Below are positions 41,677 through 50,516 of a DNA stretch of 64,000 nt, piece by piece. Origin of the DNA: a virus (lineage: Duplodnaviria > Caudoviricetes); the IMG/VR virus record IMGVR_UViG_3300037067_015007, positions 25,321-89,320 of that record; one strand, 5' to 3'. A program made the translations under genes and the position numbers. Positions within the stretch are counted from its first letter, which is position 1; every line of letters begins with the position of its first letter. The notes beneath the pieces are model-generated. The model saw only the letters and a program-made list of their open reading frames with translations. It was not told the origin of the DNA and searched no databases.

Positions 41677-41772
41677 TAAATAATAGTGTAGGAACAAGGT
41701 TCGCTACCCTTCTAAAAGGCCACACTCTTTTGGATTACCTACACTAAAATTCAACTTGTGTGGAGGCTGAAA
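41677..41772 (+). ncRNA. endonuclease-leader structured RNA, copy 5
   Basis: P1 TAGTGTAGG/CCTACACTA; P3 TCTAAAAG/CTTTTGGA; loop CCACAC pairs with GTGTGG (41758-41763). Confidence 0.75.
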
Positions 41773-42351
41773 ATGAAAAGAAAATTTAATTCAGAGGAAG
41801 AAAGGAGATTAGCAAAGAACGAGCGGGAAAGACGATATTATGAAAAAAATGATAAGGAAGTAAGATTGTTAATTTGTAAAAAATATCGTGAAAAGAATAA
41901 AGAAATATTAAAAATGAAAAGACGAGAATATTATCAAAAGCACAAAGAAGAATTCAAATCATATGCAAAAAATTATAATAAAAATCATAAAGAAGAAAGA
42001 AATATATATTATAATAACAGAATAAAAACAGATATAAATTTTAAACTCTCTTGTGGTTTACGATGTAGATTGAATAAAGCCCTCAGAGGAAATCAAAAAT
42101 CAGGTTCAGCAGTTCAAGACCTAGGTTGTTCCATCCCCGAATTTAAATTATATTTAAAATCTAAATGGAAAGACGGAATGAATTGGGATAACTATGGATT
42201 TTATGGATGGCATATAGACCATATTATACCTTTAGATTTTTACGACCTTCAAAATAGAGAAGAATTCTTAAAAGCCTGTCATTATACAAATCTTCAGCCA
42301 TTGTGGGCAGAGGAAAATATAACAAAGGGTAATAAAATAGTAATAAAATGA
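41773..42351 (+). CDS. HNH homing endonuclease
   Basis: GWHIDHIIPL...ACHYTNLQPLWAEEN. Confidence 0.9.
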   Translation: MKRKFNSEEERRLAKNERERRYYEKNDKEVRLLICKKYREKNKEILKMKRREYYQKHKEEFKSYAKNYNKNHKEERNIYYNNRIKTDINFKLSCGLRCRLNKALRGNQKSGSAVQDLGCSIPEFKLYLKSKWKDGMNWDNYGFYGWHIDHIIPLDFYDLQNREEFLKACHYTNLQPLWAEENITKGNKIVIK

Positions 42352-42518
42352 ATACAATAATAAAAAGTTCAATGTCAGTAGCGGGGGAAATTTTTACATC
42401 GGGTTATTGTAATCTGAATTGCTCCTATTGTTATATTGAGAAAACAGATTATCTTAAAAAACTCCATCAAGATATCATCAAGAAAATTCAGACAGGGGAC
42501 ATTATTTGGAATACCTAA
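42348..42518 (+). pseudogene. truncated divergent copy of the radical SAM N-terminus fused to a copy of the 40280 gene's 3' end
   Basis: MNTIIKSSMSVAGEIFTSGYCNLNCSYCYIEKT...IQTG matches the start of 43277; 42498-42600 nearly duplicates 41594-41700. Confidence 0.8.
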
Positions 42519-42575
42519 TTTCTTGAAATGTATCACAGGTAATAAAGATAAGTATTGTAAAAAATAACAAAACAC

Positions 42576-42672
42576 TAAATAATAGTGTAGGGACAAGGAG
42601 TAATTACCCATCTAAGATGCCTACTCATCTTGGATTACCTACACTATATTTTGACCAAGTAGGAGGCAAAAG
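42576..42672 (+). ncRNA. endonuclease-leader structured RNA, copy 6
   Basis: P1 ATAGTGTAGG/CCTACACTAT; P3 TCTAAGATG/CATCTTGGA; loop CCTACT pairs with AGTAGG (42658-42663). Confidence 0.75.
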
Positions 42673-43290
42673 ATGAATCAAGGAAAAGAAGGTATTGTGT
42701 ACATAGCAACGAATTTGATTAATAATAAACAATATATTGGGCAAACGGTAAGAAAATTAAAATATCGTTTATATGAACATATTCATCACCCTGATAATAG
42801 TTATCCTTTTAGTAAAGCATTGAGAAAATATGGTATTGAAAATTTTAAAATTGTTCCTTTTTCTTGTCTTGAAAAAGATTTGGATTGGACAGAAAGTTTT
42901 CTAATAAAAAAGTTAAATACACTAAAACCCAACGGTTATAATCTTGAAAGTGGTGGGAATAATCAAAAACATCTTCACGAAGTAACAAAAAACAAAATAT
43001 CCAAAAAAACAAAAGGGGAAAATAATCCTCGATATGGAATAAAGTTAGAAGAAGAAACAAAAGAAAAAATTAGAGAAAGTATTAATGAATGGTATAAAAC
43101 ACACGAAGCACCGAGTAAGGGTATTTTAAAAACAAAAGAAGAAAAAATAAAACTATCTGAAGCAAGAAAAAAATATTATGAAATACACGAATCACCATTT
43201 AAAGGTAAACGACATTCAAAAGAAGCAAAAGAAAAAATGAGAATATCAAGATTAGAATATTTAAAAAGGATTAAAAATGAGCGTAATTAA
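42673..43290 (+). CDS. GIY-YIG homing endonuclease
   Basis: GIVYIATNLINNKQYIGQT; PNGYNLESGG. Confidence 0.9.
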   Translation: MNQGKEGIVYIATNLINNKQYIGQTVRKLKYRLYEHIHHPDNSYPFSKALRKYGIENFKIVPFSCLEKDLDWTESFLIKKLNTLKPNGYNLESGGNNQKHLHEVTKNKISKKTKGENNPRYGIKLEEETKEKIRESINEWYKTHEAPSKGILKTKEEKIKLSEARKKYYEIHESPFKGKRHSKEAKEKMRISRLEYLKRIKNERN

Positions 43291-44674
43291 ATCAGAATTA
43301 TCCGTTGCAGGAGAAATTTTCACTTCTGCTTTATGTGCAGGGGCCAATTGTAATTATTGTTATATAGAAAAAACGCCACATCTTCAAGAATTACAAAAAA
43401 ATCTGATAAAAAAATTACAAAGTGGTGAATATATTGGGGAATTAAAAAAATTGTACGGTGAAAAATTAACTGCTTTAGCCTTTTGGGGTGCGGAACCTAC
43501 CACCACCCTTAATTATATAACGGAAAAAATTCCCGAACTTCTAAATACTTTCCCGACCTTGACAGAGATTTCATTCTCTACAAATATGTTATCAGACCCA
43601 ACAATAATAAAAAATTTTATTATGAAGGTGATGGAACAAAACAGAAACATAATGATAAAGATACAATGCTCAATTGATGGGCCTCCAGAGGTAACGGATT
43701 TAAATAGAAGTCAAGGTGCGACTGCAAAAATTAAAGGGAATTTTTTAAAATTATTACAGCAATTACAAAGTGAAAATTTAAAAAATACAAAAATAAAATT
43801 CCATTTTAAACCAACTTGGTCAATTGAAAATTTAAATTGGCTTAATGAAGAGGAATCTAGGTATCGGTATTATTTCTTTTTCTTTGATGAGTGGATAGAC
43901 CTTGCAAAAGGAATCAATAGGCAAAAAAATATTTATTTAGACTTAAATGGTGTTCCATCAATGTCTGTTCCTGGCACATATAGTTCAGAAGATGGTAAGA
44001 TATGGGCAAAAACCTGTTGGCATTTAAAGCGTTTATCTAATGAACAAAGACAACGACCCTTTTTAAAACATCAAAATGCTTCATTCAATACATATACTTA
44101 CAGATTGATACGGCTGTTTGATTTCAGCAGAGAATTCTTTTCAAAGCCTGATATGTTTTCCTGTTCAGCAGGACGTTCACAAAATCAATTAGGGGAACTT
44201 CAAGACCTTCATTTATGTCATCGTTCTCTTTTTATGAATCATTCCGAATATGAAAAAGAATTAAGGAACGAAGGAAATTGGGATTTTCATTTACAACAGA
44301 AAGACAGAATAAAATTGGTGAAGGAAAAACATATTGTAGATATCAATAATCAATTAGAAGTTGATAGAGCATTTTATACTTGGTCTTGTTTTCAGACTTT
44401 TTCTAAACATAAAACAGCGACAAGTTTAGCACTTATCAAAGAGTTAGTATATAGTAAACAAATAAGTGAAGATTTTGCAGATGAAAACCTTGCCACTTTG
44501 TTCGCCATATTCATTAACTACGGTTTAGGCTGCCCTATGGAAAATATTTTACAAACAGGAAGTTTGTTTACTAGTCCCATTTCGCTATTTAGACTGTTTG
44601 GGGCATCTGATAATAATTTACCTTGTGCGTTCCAAATTATATTAGAGGAAGCAAGAAGTGAAATTAATAAATAA
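43277..44674 (+). CDS. radical SAM protein, atypical CX4CX2C motif, degenerate SPASM-like tail
   Basis: ALCAGANCNYCY; AFWGAEPT; FSTN; CSIDGP; later CSAG...LCHR...GCP. Confidence 0.75.
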   Translation: MSVIKSELSVAGEIFTSALCAGANCNYCYIEKTPHLQELQKNLIKKLQSGEYIGELKKLYGEKLTALAFWGAEPTTTLNYITEKIPELLNTFPTLTEISFSTNMLSDPTIIKNFIMKVMEQNRNIMIKIQCSIDGPPEVTDLNRSQGATAKIKGNFLKLLQQLQSENLKNTKIKFHFKPTWSIENLNWLNEEESRYRYYFFFFDEWIDLAKGINRQKNIYLDLNGVPSMSVPGTYSSEDGKIWAKTCWHLKRLSNEQRQRPFLKHQNASFNTYTYRLIRLFDFSREFFSKPDMFSCSAGRSQNQLGELQDLHLCHRSLFMNHSEYEKELRNEGNWDFHLQQKDRIKLVKEKHIVDINNQLEVDRAFYTWSCFQTFSKHKTATSLALIKELVYSKQISEDFADENLATLFAIFINYGLGCPMENILQTGSLFTSPISLFRLFGASDNNLPCAFQIILEEARSEINK

Positions 44675-44767
44675 TAGTGAAAGACAGGGGTTGCAACCCT
44701 TTCTAAAATGCTTATCCTATTTTAGATTATTTCACTATTTTTATTTTGACTTGGATAAGGAGACAAA
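44668..44767 (+). ncRNA. endonuclease-leader structured RNA, copy 7
   Basis: P1 ATAGTGAAA/TTTCACTAT (compensatory changes relative to other copies); P2 GGGTTGCAACCC; loop CTTATCC pairs with GGATAAG (44753-44759). Confidence 0.75.
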
Positions 44768-45451
44768 ATGAGTCAAGAAGTTGGAACAATTTATGTGGCT
44801 ACCAATTTAGTGAATGGAAAGCAGTATGTGGGGCAAACAACAATAACATTAAAAGAGCGGTGGTATCAACATAAAAACGGTACTAATTGCCCACTTATTC
44901 ATAGAGCAATTCAAAAATACGGTATGGAAAAATTTAAGATTATTTCCTTTCCTTGTCTTGAAGAAGATTTGGATTGGACAGAAGGGTTTTTACAAAAAGA
45001 ATTTAATACTATCGCACCAAATGGATACAATTTAATATTGAATGAAGCACAACACAGACGACATAACGAGAGTTCAAAAGAAAAAATGAAAAAAAATCAC
45101 GCAGATTTTTCAGGTAAAAATCATCCTCAATATGGATTAAGAGGAGAAAAAAGTGTAAATTTTGGTAGAGTTTTCTCACAAGAAGAAAAAGAAAAGGTAA
45201 AAGAGGGATTATTAAAATATTTTCAAAAGTTCCCGCAAGCACATAAAGGTAAAAATAATCCTATGTTTAATAAAGAACACAGATTAGATACCAAAGAAAA
45301 AATGAAATTATCAAAAATAGGAAAATACTTTGGTAAAAATAATCCCAATTTTGGTCATAAGTGGACACAAGAACAGAAAGATGCACAAAGTAATAAAATG
45401 AAATTAATAAAACAAAAGAGGCAAAATGAACACATTTCAGAAACAGAATAA
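44768..45451 (+). CDS. GIY-YIG homing endonuclease
   Basis: GTIYVATNLVNGKQYVGQT; PNGYNL; NUMOD3-like repeats. Confidence 0.9.
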   Translation: MSQEVGTIYVATNLVNGKQYVGQTTITLKERWYQHKNGTNCPLIHRAIQKYGMEKFKIISFPCLEEDLDWTEGFLQKEFNTIAPNGYNLILNEAQHRRHNESSKEKMKKNHADFSGKNHPQYGLRGEKSVNFGRVFSQEEKEKVKEGLLKYFQKFPQAHKGKNNPMFNKEHRLDTKEKMKLSKIGKYFGKNNPNFGHKWTQEQKDAQSNKMKLIKQKRQNEHISETE

Positions 45452-46763
45452 TGAATTGCTAAAAAATTTTTTATCAAGGACGTTCTTTAAATCGTGGCGT
45501 AGTTGGCGAGAAAGAAAAACAGATAAAGGCTATGCTTTACAAAATTATACAGGGTTTGAATTTGACCTTTCCGATGCTTGTGAATTAAAATGCTCCTATT
45601 GTTATGTTGTTAAATTTGGCGATAAATATTATCCTAAGCCTGAACTAAAAAATCCTGCTACGGTATTTAAAAATGCTAAAATTATAATGGATTGGTTATG
45701 GGAAAATCAATATCGACCTAAATTAGAATTGTTTGGCGGCGATGCATTTAATCAAAATGTAGGATTCGATATTGTTGAGGAATCCCTTAAAAGAGCTGAA
45801 GCAGGTCAACCTATTTGTACAGAAATTGTAGTGCCAACGAATATGAATTTCTTATTCAGCGAGAATAGAACTAGACTCGTTGAAGATTTTATAGAAAGAG
45901 GAAGAAAGATAGATTGCCCGTTAATTGTAAGTGCATCTGTTGATGGAATTTTTATGGAAGATAATAGGTCATTTCGTAGTGAAAGAGTACGGGACGAAAT
46001 ATTTTATGATAAACTTTTTAAGTTTGCTAGAAAATATAGAATAGGCTTTCACCCGATGATTTATTCAAACAACATCGAGAAATGGTGGGATAATTTTATG
46101 TGGTTCCAAAAGAAATTTAAAGAATATGGGTTCCCGCCCAATAATCTCTATTTGCTTGAAGTACGAAATGCGGAATGGACAGAAGAACAATCAAAACATC
46201 TTTATGAATTTATGCGTAAATTATCAAGTTGGGTAGGTGAACATTTGAAAAAAATGGATAACCCTGTTCATCAATTATTTCATAACCATTGGGCCTTTAA
46301 TACTTTATCAAGCCCCTTCTCAACGACAGGAAGGGGGCTAGGATGCTCATTACAATCAGGTATCTATTTACGAATGGGAGACTTAACTGCATTTCCTTGT
46401 CATCGTTTGATGTATGATTATTTTAAAATGTTTAGATTCCTAACTAAAGACGATAAGATTTTTGATGTGGAAGCAATAAGTCCCGAATTACATATAGCAA
46501 CAAATGCTAGTGATGGGGATAATTTTCCAATGTGTGAACAATGCGTTATAAATTCAATGTGTAGCCACGGATGTTTAGGAGCGCAATTTGAAAATACAGG
46601 TGATATGTTTGTTCCAATACCTTCAGCATGCCGTATGGAATTTTATAGAATAAAGGGTATTATTGATGGTTTTCAGGAAAGCGGGATGCTAGATATGATT
46701 TTGGGTGCCGTAAACAAAAATAAAATAAACAAGGTTTTGAGGGTTATGGAGGAAATAAAATGA
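45426..46763 (+). CDS. radical SAM/SPASM-domain peptide-maturase-like protein
   Basis: ACELKCSYC (CX3CX2C); LFGGDA; VPTN; ASVDG; GCS...FPCHRL...CEQC...MCSHGC...SAC (SPASM Cys pattern). Confidence 0.85.
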   Translation: MNTFQKQNNELLKNFLSRTFFKSWRSWRERKTDKGYALQNYTGFEFDLSDACELKCSYCYVVKFGDKYYPKPELKNPATVFKNAKIIMDWLWENQYRPKLELFGGDAFNQNVGFDIVEESLKRAEAGQPICTEIVVPTNMNFLFSENRTRLVEDFIERGRKIDCPLIVSASVDGIFMEDNRSFRSERVRDEIFYDKLFKFARKYRIGFHPMIYSNNIEKWWDNFMWFQKKFKEYGFPPNNLYLLEVRNAEWTEEQSKHLYEFMRKLSSWVGEHLKKMDNPVHQLFHNHWAFNTLSSPFSTTGRGLGCSLQSGIYLRMGDLTAFPCHRLMYDYFKMFRFLTKDDKIFDVEAISPELHIATNASDGDNFPMCEQCVINSMCSHGCLGAQFENTGDMFVPIPSACRMEFYRIKGIIDGFQESGMLDMILGAVNKNKINKVLRVMEEIK

Positions 46764-47236
46764 AAATTGATGAATTCATCAAACAATTGAAATGTTATTT
46801 GGAAAGTTCTGATGCTACCTATTTACTCAGTAAAAGAAAGGAACTGTTTATTCAGGTAATTAATAAAGTCAAAGAAGATGTTATAATCTGTGAAAAAAAT
46901 GAATGGAAGGAAACTTCAACCATTCCTATTATTGAAAGTTTAGAATATCTATTAGCAGTTCTTAATGAACAACCTATTTCAATAGAGGCATCAAAATTTA
47001 TTGAATCTTATTCTACATTGTTATACAATCATAATGAGAATACCAATAAATCTGAAAAAGTAAATTTATTGACCCAAACAGTTAATAGATTTATCACCCT
47101 CAGAATGACCACAATGGAATTAATTCAAAACCTAAAAATAGTATCAAAAATGGTCAAAGAATTAAGCCATGTAGGGTTTCAACCAACGCAACTTTCGAAA
47201 CATTATTTGGCTTCTTTTGATAAACAAAATCAATAA
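46760..47236 (+). CDS. helical hypothetical protein coupled to the rSAM/SPASM gene
   Basis: ATGA overlap with 45426-46763; 158 aa. Confidence 0.6.
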   Translation: MKIDEFIKQLKCYLESSDATYLLSKRKELFIQVINKVKEDVIICEKNEWKETSTIPIIESLEYLLAVLNEQPISIEASKFIESYSTLLYNHNENTNKSEKVNLLTQTVNRFITLRMTTMELIQNLKIVSKMVKELSHVGFQPTQLSKHYLASFDKQNQ

Positions 47237-47257
47237 ATAGTATAGAGGAGTTTTGAT

Positions 47258-47881
47258 ATGGGATTTGTTTGGACAACAATGCCTGTTACTGCTGGAACAG
47301 ATAAACCAACAGCGGTAAGGATTGCCGAAATTCGGGCCAATACCAATTTAGATAGAGGTTATGTTTCTCTTGGTAATTATTCATGGGTGAAAACTATTAA
47401 TATAGGGACAAAAATCGAGGCAAGTGAATATACTGAATTAAAAACAGCTTTAGACCAAGCGTGGGATGCAAACATCTGCTCAGCCCATCGAACCACACAC
47501 GAAACATCAGTCCAATCGACTCACGATGCCGCCGTTCGAGCAACGCATTATACTACATATCAAGCAACAGATAATAAAACCGTTTTAGGAAGTCATTTAG
47601 AAACAGATAGGGCAACCCACGAGGCAACCGTTCAAAATTCTCACAACACAACAGATAATGCGACCAACAACACATCACACGATACAGACTTACACGGAAC
47701 CCATAAAGCCACTTATTACACTTCAGATAATTACCCGCATTATGACACTTTTTATGATGGGCACGATAATACATATCAGGGTAGTAACAATACCACTCTT
47801 GATACGGGTGATAATATAACAGTTAAAGCCTCTTATGATTTATCAGTTCAATCAACAGATTTTTATATAAAAGGTGGATAA
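47258..47881 (+). CDS. His-rich octapeptide-repeat protein 1
   Basis: N-terminal domain, then C, then about 16 octamers with S/T every 4th residue and His every 8th (THETSVQS THDAAVRA THYTTYQA...). TAAATA and GAGGAG upstream. Confidence 0.7.
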   Translation: MGFVWTTMPVTAGTDKPTAVRIAEIRANTNLDRGYVSLGNYSWVKTINIGTKIEASEYTELKTALDQAWDANICSAHRTTHETSVQSTHDAAVRATHYTTYQATDNKTVLGSHLETDRATHEATVQNSHNTTDNATNNTSHDTDLHGTHKATYYTSDNYPHYDTFYDGHDNTYQGSNNTTLDTGDNITVKASYDLSVQSTDFYIKGG

Positions 47882-47883
47882 GG

Positions 47884-48402
47884 ATGAGTTACGATAAAGT
47901 AGGCGGTTGTAAGGATTGGACACAAACCATTGCGACAGGTGGCGATATTGAAGCAGTCGATACCAATGAATTTATGACCAATATAGATTGGATAAAAGAT
48001 AATTTGGCTTGTTTAAGTCATAATTCAATTGTTAGGGCAACACATTATTCAGCGGATGATTTAGGACATAACGGAACTTATAAAGCAACCCATTACTCAA
48101 CTTACCAAGTTACAAATGATTCAGCAGAAAAAGCATCACATAATTCTATCTATAAAACAACAAATTATACAGGCGACCTAAATTCACATTATGACCAAAA
48201 CTATAATAACCATGATATAGGTTATGATGCTACATATAATGCAACTCACGAAAATGCAGTAGAATCATATTATTTAGCAGAACACAATTTATCAATTAAT
48301 TGGACTAATAATACTTCTCATTATCCTGGTGATGATGCTTATGAAAATGTAACTAATAATAGCACCGTTAATAATCCATTTTGTCCTGCTTTTGCATCTT
48401 AA
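47884..48402 (+). CDS. His-rich octapeptide-repeat protein 2
   Basis: N-terminal WTQTIATG.DIEA...EF..NID, then C, then SHNSIVRA THYSADDL GHNGTYKA THYSTYQV... Confidence 0.7.
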   Translation: MSYDKVGGCKDWTQTIATGGDIEAVDTNEFMTNIDWIKDNLACLSHNSIVRATHYSADDLGHNGTYKATHYSTYQVTNDSAEKASHNSIYKTTNYTGDLNSHYDQNYNNHDIGYDATYNATHENAVESYYLAEHNLSINWTNNTSHYPGDDAYENVTNNSTVNNPFCPAFAS

Positions 48403-48429
48403 TAACTTGATATAAAATTTAAAAAGGAT

Positions 48430-49416
48430 TTGAAAATGAAAGTTTTTTTAATTAATCTCAATGTCGGTTCAGGAATAGAAACAGTCGGGGATACCATCAA
48501 AAAATGGATACAGGAACTACCTGTAGAATTAGTAGAATATAAAGACCAAACGAAAGAAGGCTCAACAATGTCTCGTTTGTTGAAAGAACACCCTGATGTT
48601 ATTGTGATAAACGAGATTTTTCCTAGAATCATCTCTCCTGTTCTATTTTATAAATTAACATTTCCGAACACCAAAGTAATTATGTTTGCTCATTCACAAA
48701 AATATTTTATTACTCCCAATGAACCTGATAATCAGCACGTTTTATTGACGGATTTACTCAAATTGACAGACGTTGTTTATACTTTAGATGCTAGTAAAGA
48801 AAAAATATTACAGATAGAAAATCTAAAGTTCTGCCCCTCTGACCCTGAAATATTTCACAATGAAATACCTTGGAAGGACAGACCTAAGTTTTTTTGCGTA
48901 ATGGGTGGAATTTATCCTCTGAAAGTTCATCCTGATTTTTTAAATTTGGCACATTGTATTCCTGCTGAAATTGATGTATATGGTGAAGTGTCGGAAAAAT
49001 TTACCACGCCTGAGTATCGTATGGCATTTGCTCTAGCCGCTTCAAAAAATTTAGAACATAAAAAAAGAATACCACAAACAGAAGTAGGAAAAATACTAAA
49101 CCAATACAAATACATCGTTTTTCCACATCACGGTTCTGAAACTTTTTGTATGATGCTCCAACAGGCAATTATGTGTGGAACCATTCCTATTGTTTTGAAT
49201 GATGATTCAGGAAAAGATTTTAACCCTAGTTGGATTGAATGGACTGATAATATGTGCTATGTAACCAACAACATTAAAACCTTTATTGAAAATCTTACAC
49301 TCATAGTAAAAGACGAAACGGACTACACTCCCGTTTCACAGTTCATTTCAAAAGAGATAACAAAACGTTTCGGATATTATGATTTTAAAAAACATTTTCA
49401 AGAACAAATCAAATAG
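48430..49416 (+). CDS. GT-B fold glycosyltransferase (GT4-like)
   Basis: C-terminal YKYIVFPHHGSETFCMMLQQAIMCGTIPIV resembles the E-x-F-G-x5-EA-x3-G-x-P motif; N-terminal PDVIVIN. Confidence 0.75.
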   Translation: MKMKVFLINLNVGSGIETVGDTIKKWIQELPVELVEYKDQTKEGSTMSRLLKEHPDVIVINEIFPRIISPVLFYKLTFPNTKVIMFAHSQKYFITPNEPDNQHVLLTDLLKLTDVVYTLDASKEKILQIENLKFCPSDPEIFHNEIPWKDRPKFFCVMGGIYPLKVHPDFLNLAHCIPAEIDVYGEVSEKFTTPEYRMAFALAASKNLEHKKRIPQTEVGKILNQYKYIVFPHHGSETFCMMLQQAIMCGTIPIVLNDDSGKDFNPSWIEWTDNMCYVTNNIKTFIENLTLIVKDETDYTPVSQFISKEITKRFGYYDFKKHFQEQIK

Positions 49417-49729
49417 GCTTTTTCTCATAACCCGAACAAAACCCAATTTCTCTAGTAACTTCCTTTTCCCCATTCCAAACCTTTATGATTAGATTAAGAA
49501 TAAGATGTTGTTTAATTCCTACTCTACTACAAATTGTAAACGATTTACCATACATCGTCCTATCGGCATTGTATTTACATTCATTACAACCACCAAAATA
49601 ACTGTCAATCTCATCCGCTAATTCTTTTGAAATTTCACCTGTTAAAACTCTTTGCAGTTTTGCTTTGCGAAGAAGCCTAATCAAGCCCTGGTCCGTGGCT
49701 TTAAATCCCCTAATTACAGGAGTTCCCAT
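49409..49729 (-). CDS. divergent member of the small Cys4 paralog family
   Basis: RLLRKAKLQRVL...CNEC...C...FCSGY. Confidence 0.5.
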   Translation of the reverse strand: MGTPVIRGFKATDQGLIRLLRKAKLQRVLTGEISKELADEIDSYFGGCNECKYNADRTMYGKSFTICSRVGIKQHLILNLIIKVWNGEKEVTREIGFCSGYEKKPI

Positions 49730-50173
49730 TTAACCTTCAAGATTTTCGAAATACTCTTTTAGAATAGTTGTGTAGATATGAGTATTCGGAACATATCCTT
49801 TATATGCAAAAACCCATTCGTCCGTTCCATAAATAATTTTTGATAGAGCTGCGGCAGTAGCAGAACTCCTAGAAATTCCTGCATCGCATTGGCAAACTAT
49901 ATAATAGATATTCTCGTTCTCTTTTTTCACAAGGTCAAGAATTTGTTTTGCATGCTCACGATTGAACAGGACTGCTCCTTCCCAAGCGGCATGAGGATTC
50001 GTGTCATGAACAGGGATTTCAAGATGGCCCCTGCACCACGGGGAAAATGTAATCGGTGGGTAAACCAAGCCAGGGGTGCGATATCCGATTACAATATGGT
50101 CATAAGGAAATACTACTGACGTTCCCTGCCATGCCCTAAAATTTCTAACTGTGATATTAATTTTCTGATTCAT
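49730..50173 (-). CDS. protein-tyrosine/dual-specificity phosphatase-like protein
   Basis: VCQCDAGISRSSATAAAL (CX5R P-loop). Confidence 0.8.
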   Translation of the reverse strand: MNQKINITVRNFRAWQGTSVVFPYDHIVIGYRTPGLVYPPITFSPWCRGHLEIPVHDTNPHAAWEGAVLFNREHAKQILDLVKKENENIYYIVCQCDAGISRSSATAAALSKIIYGTDEWVFAYKGYVPNTHIYTTILKEYFENLEG

Positions 50174-50516
50174 TTGTATTCAAAAATCCAAAACAAACGG
50201 TTACATAATCTCCACCATGAAACCATGCAGGGAGCCGCCCATACTCATCCTGCACTTTCCATCGTTCGAACTCTTGCCACCAATGGATTTTTTCTCTGAT
50301 ATTTGCTTTATTATCCCCCATCATCAAAATCTTTTTTGAAGAGGCATCATATCCAATGGTGTAAAAATTATGAGCCACTTGACAAATTCCCCCATTCATT
50401 TTCCTGCACTTGGAACAATTCGATTGCTGATTATGCATATCCTGAAGGAACTTAACATCGTTGCCATGTAAAACGATGTAGAGTTTAATTTTTCTTTGCA
50501 GTTTGTCCTTGTTCAT
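50157..50516 (-). CDS. small Cys4 paralog family member (outlier)
   Basis: LQRKIKLYIVLHG...CSKC...C...VCFGF. Confidence 0.65.
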   Translation of the reverse strand: MNKDKLQRKIKLYIVLHGNDVKFLQDMHNQQSNCSKCRKMNGGICQVAHNFYTIGYDASSKKILMMGDNKANIREKIHWWQEFERWKVQDEYGRLPAWFHGGDYVTVCFGFLNTNESEN

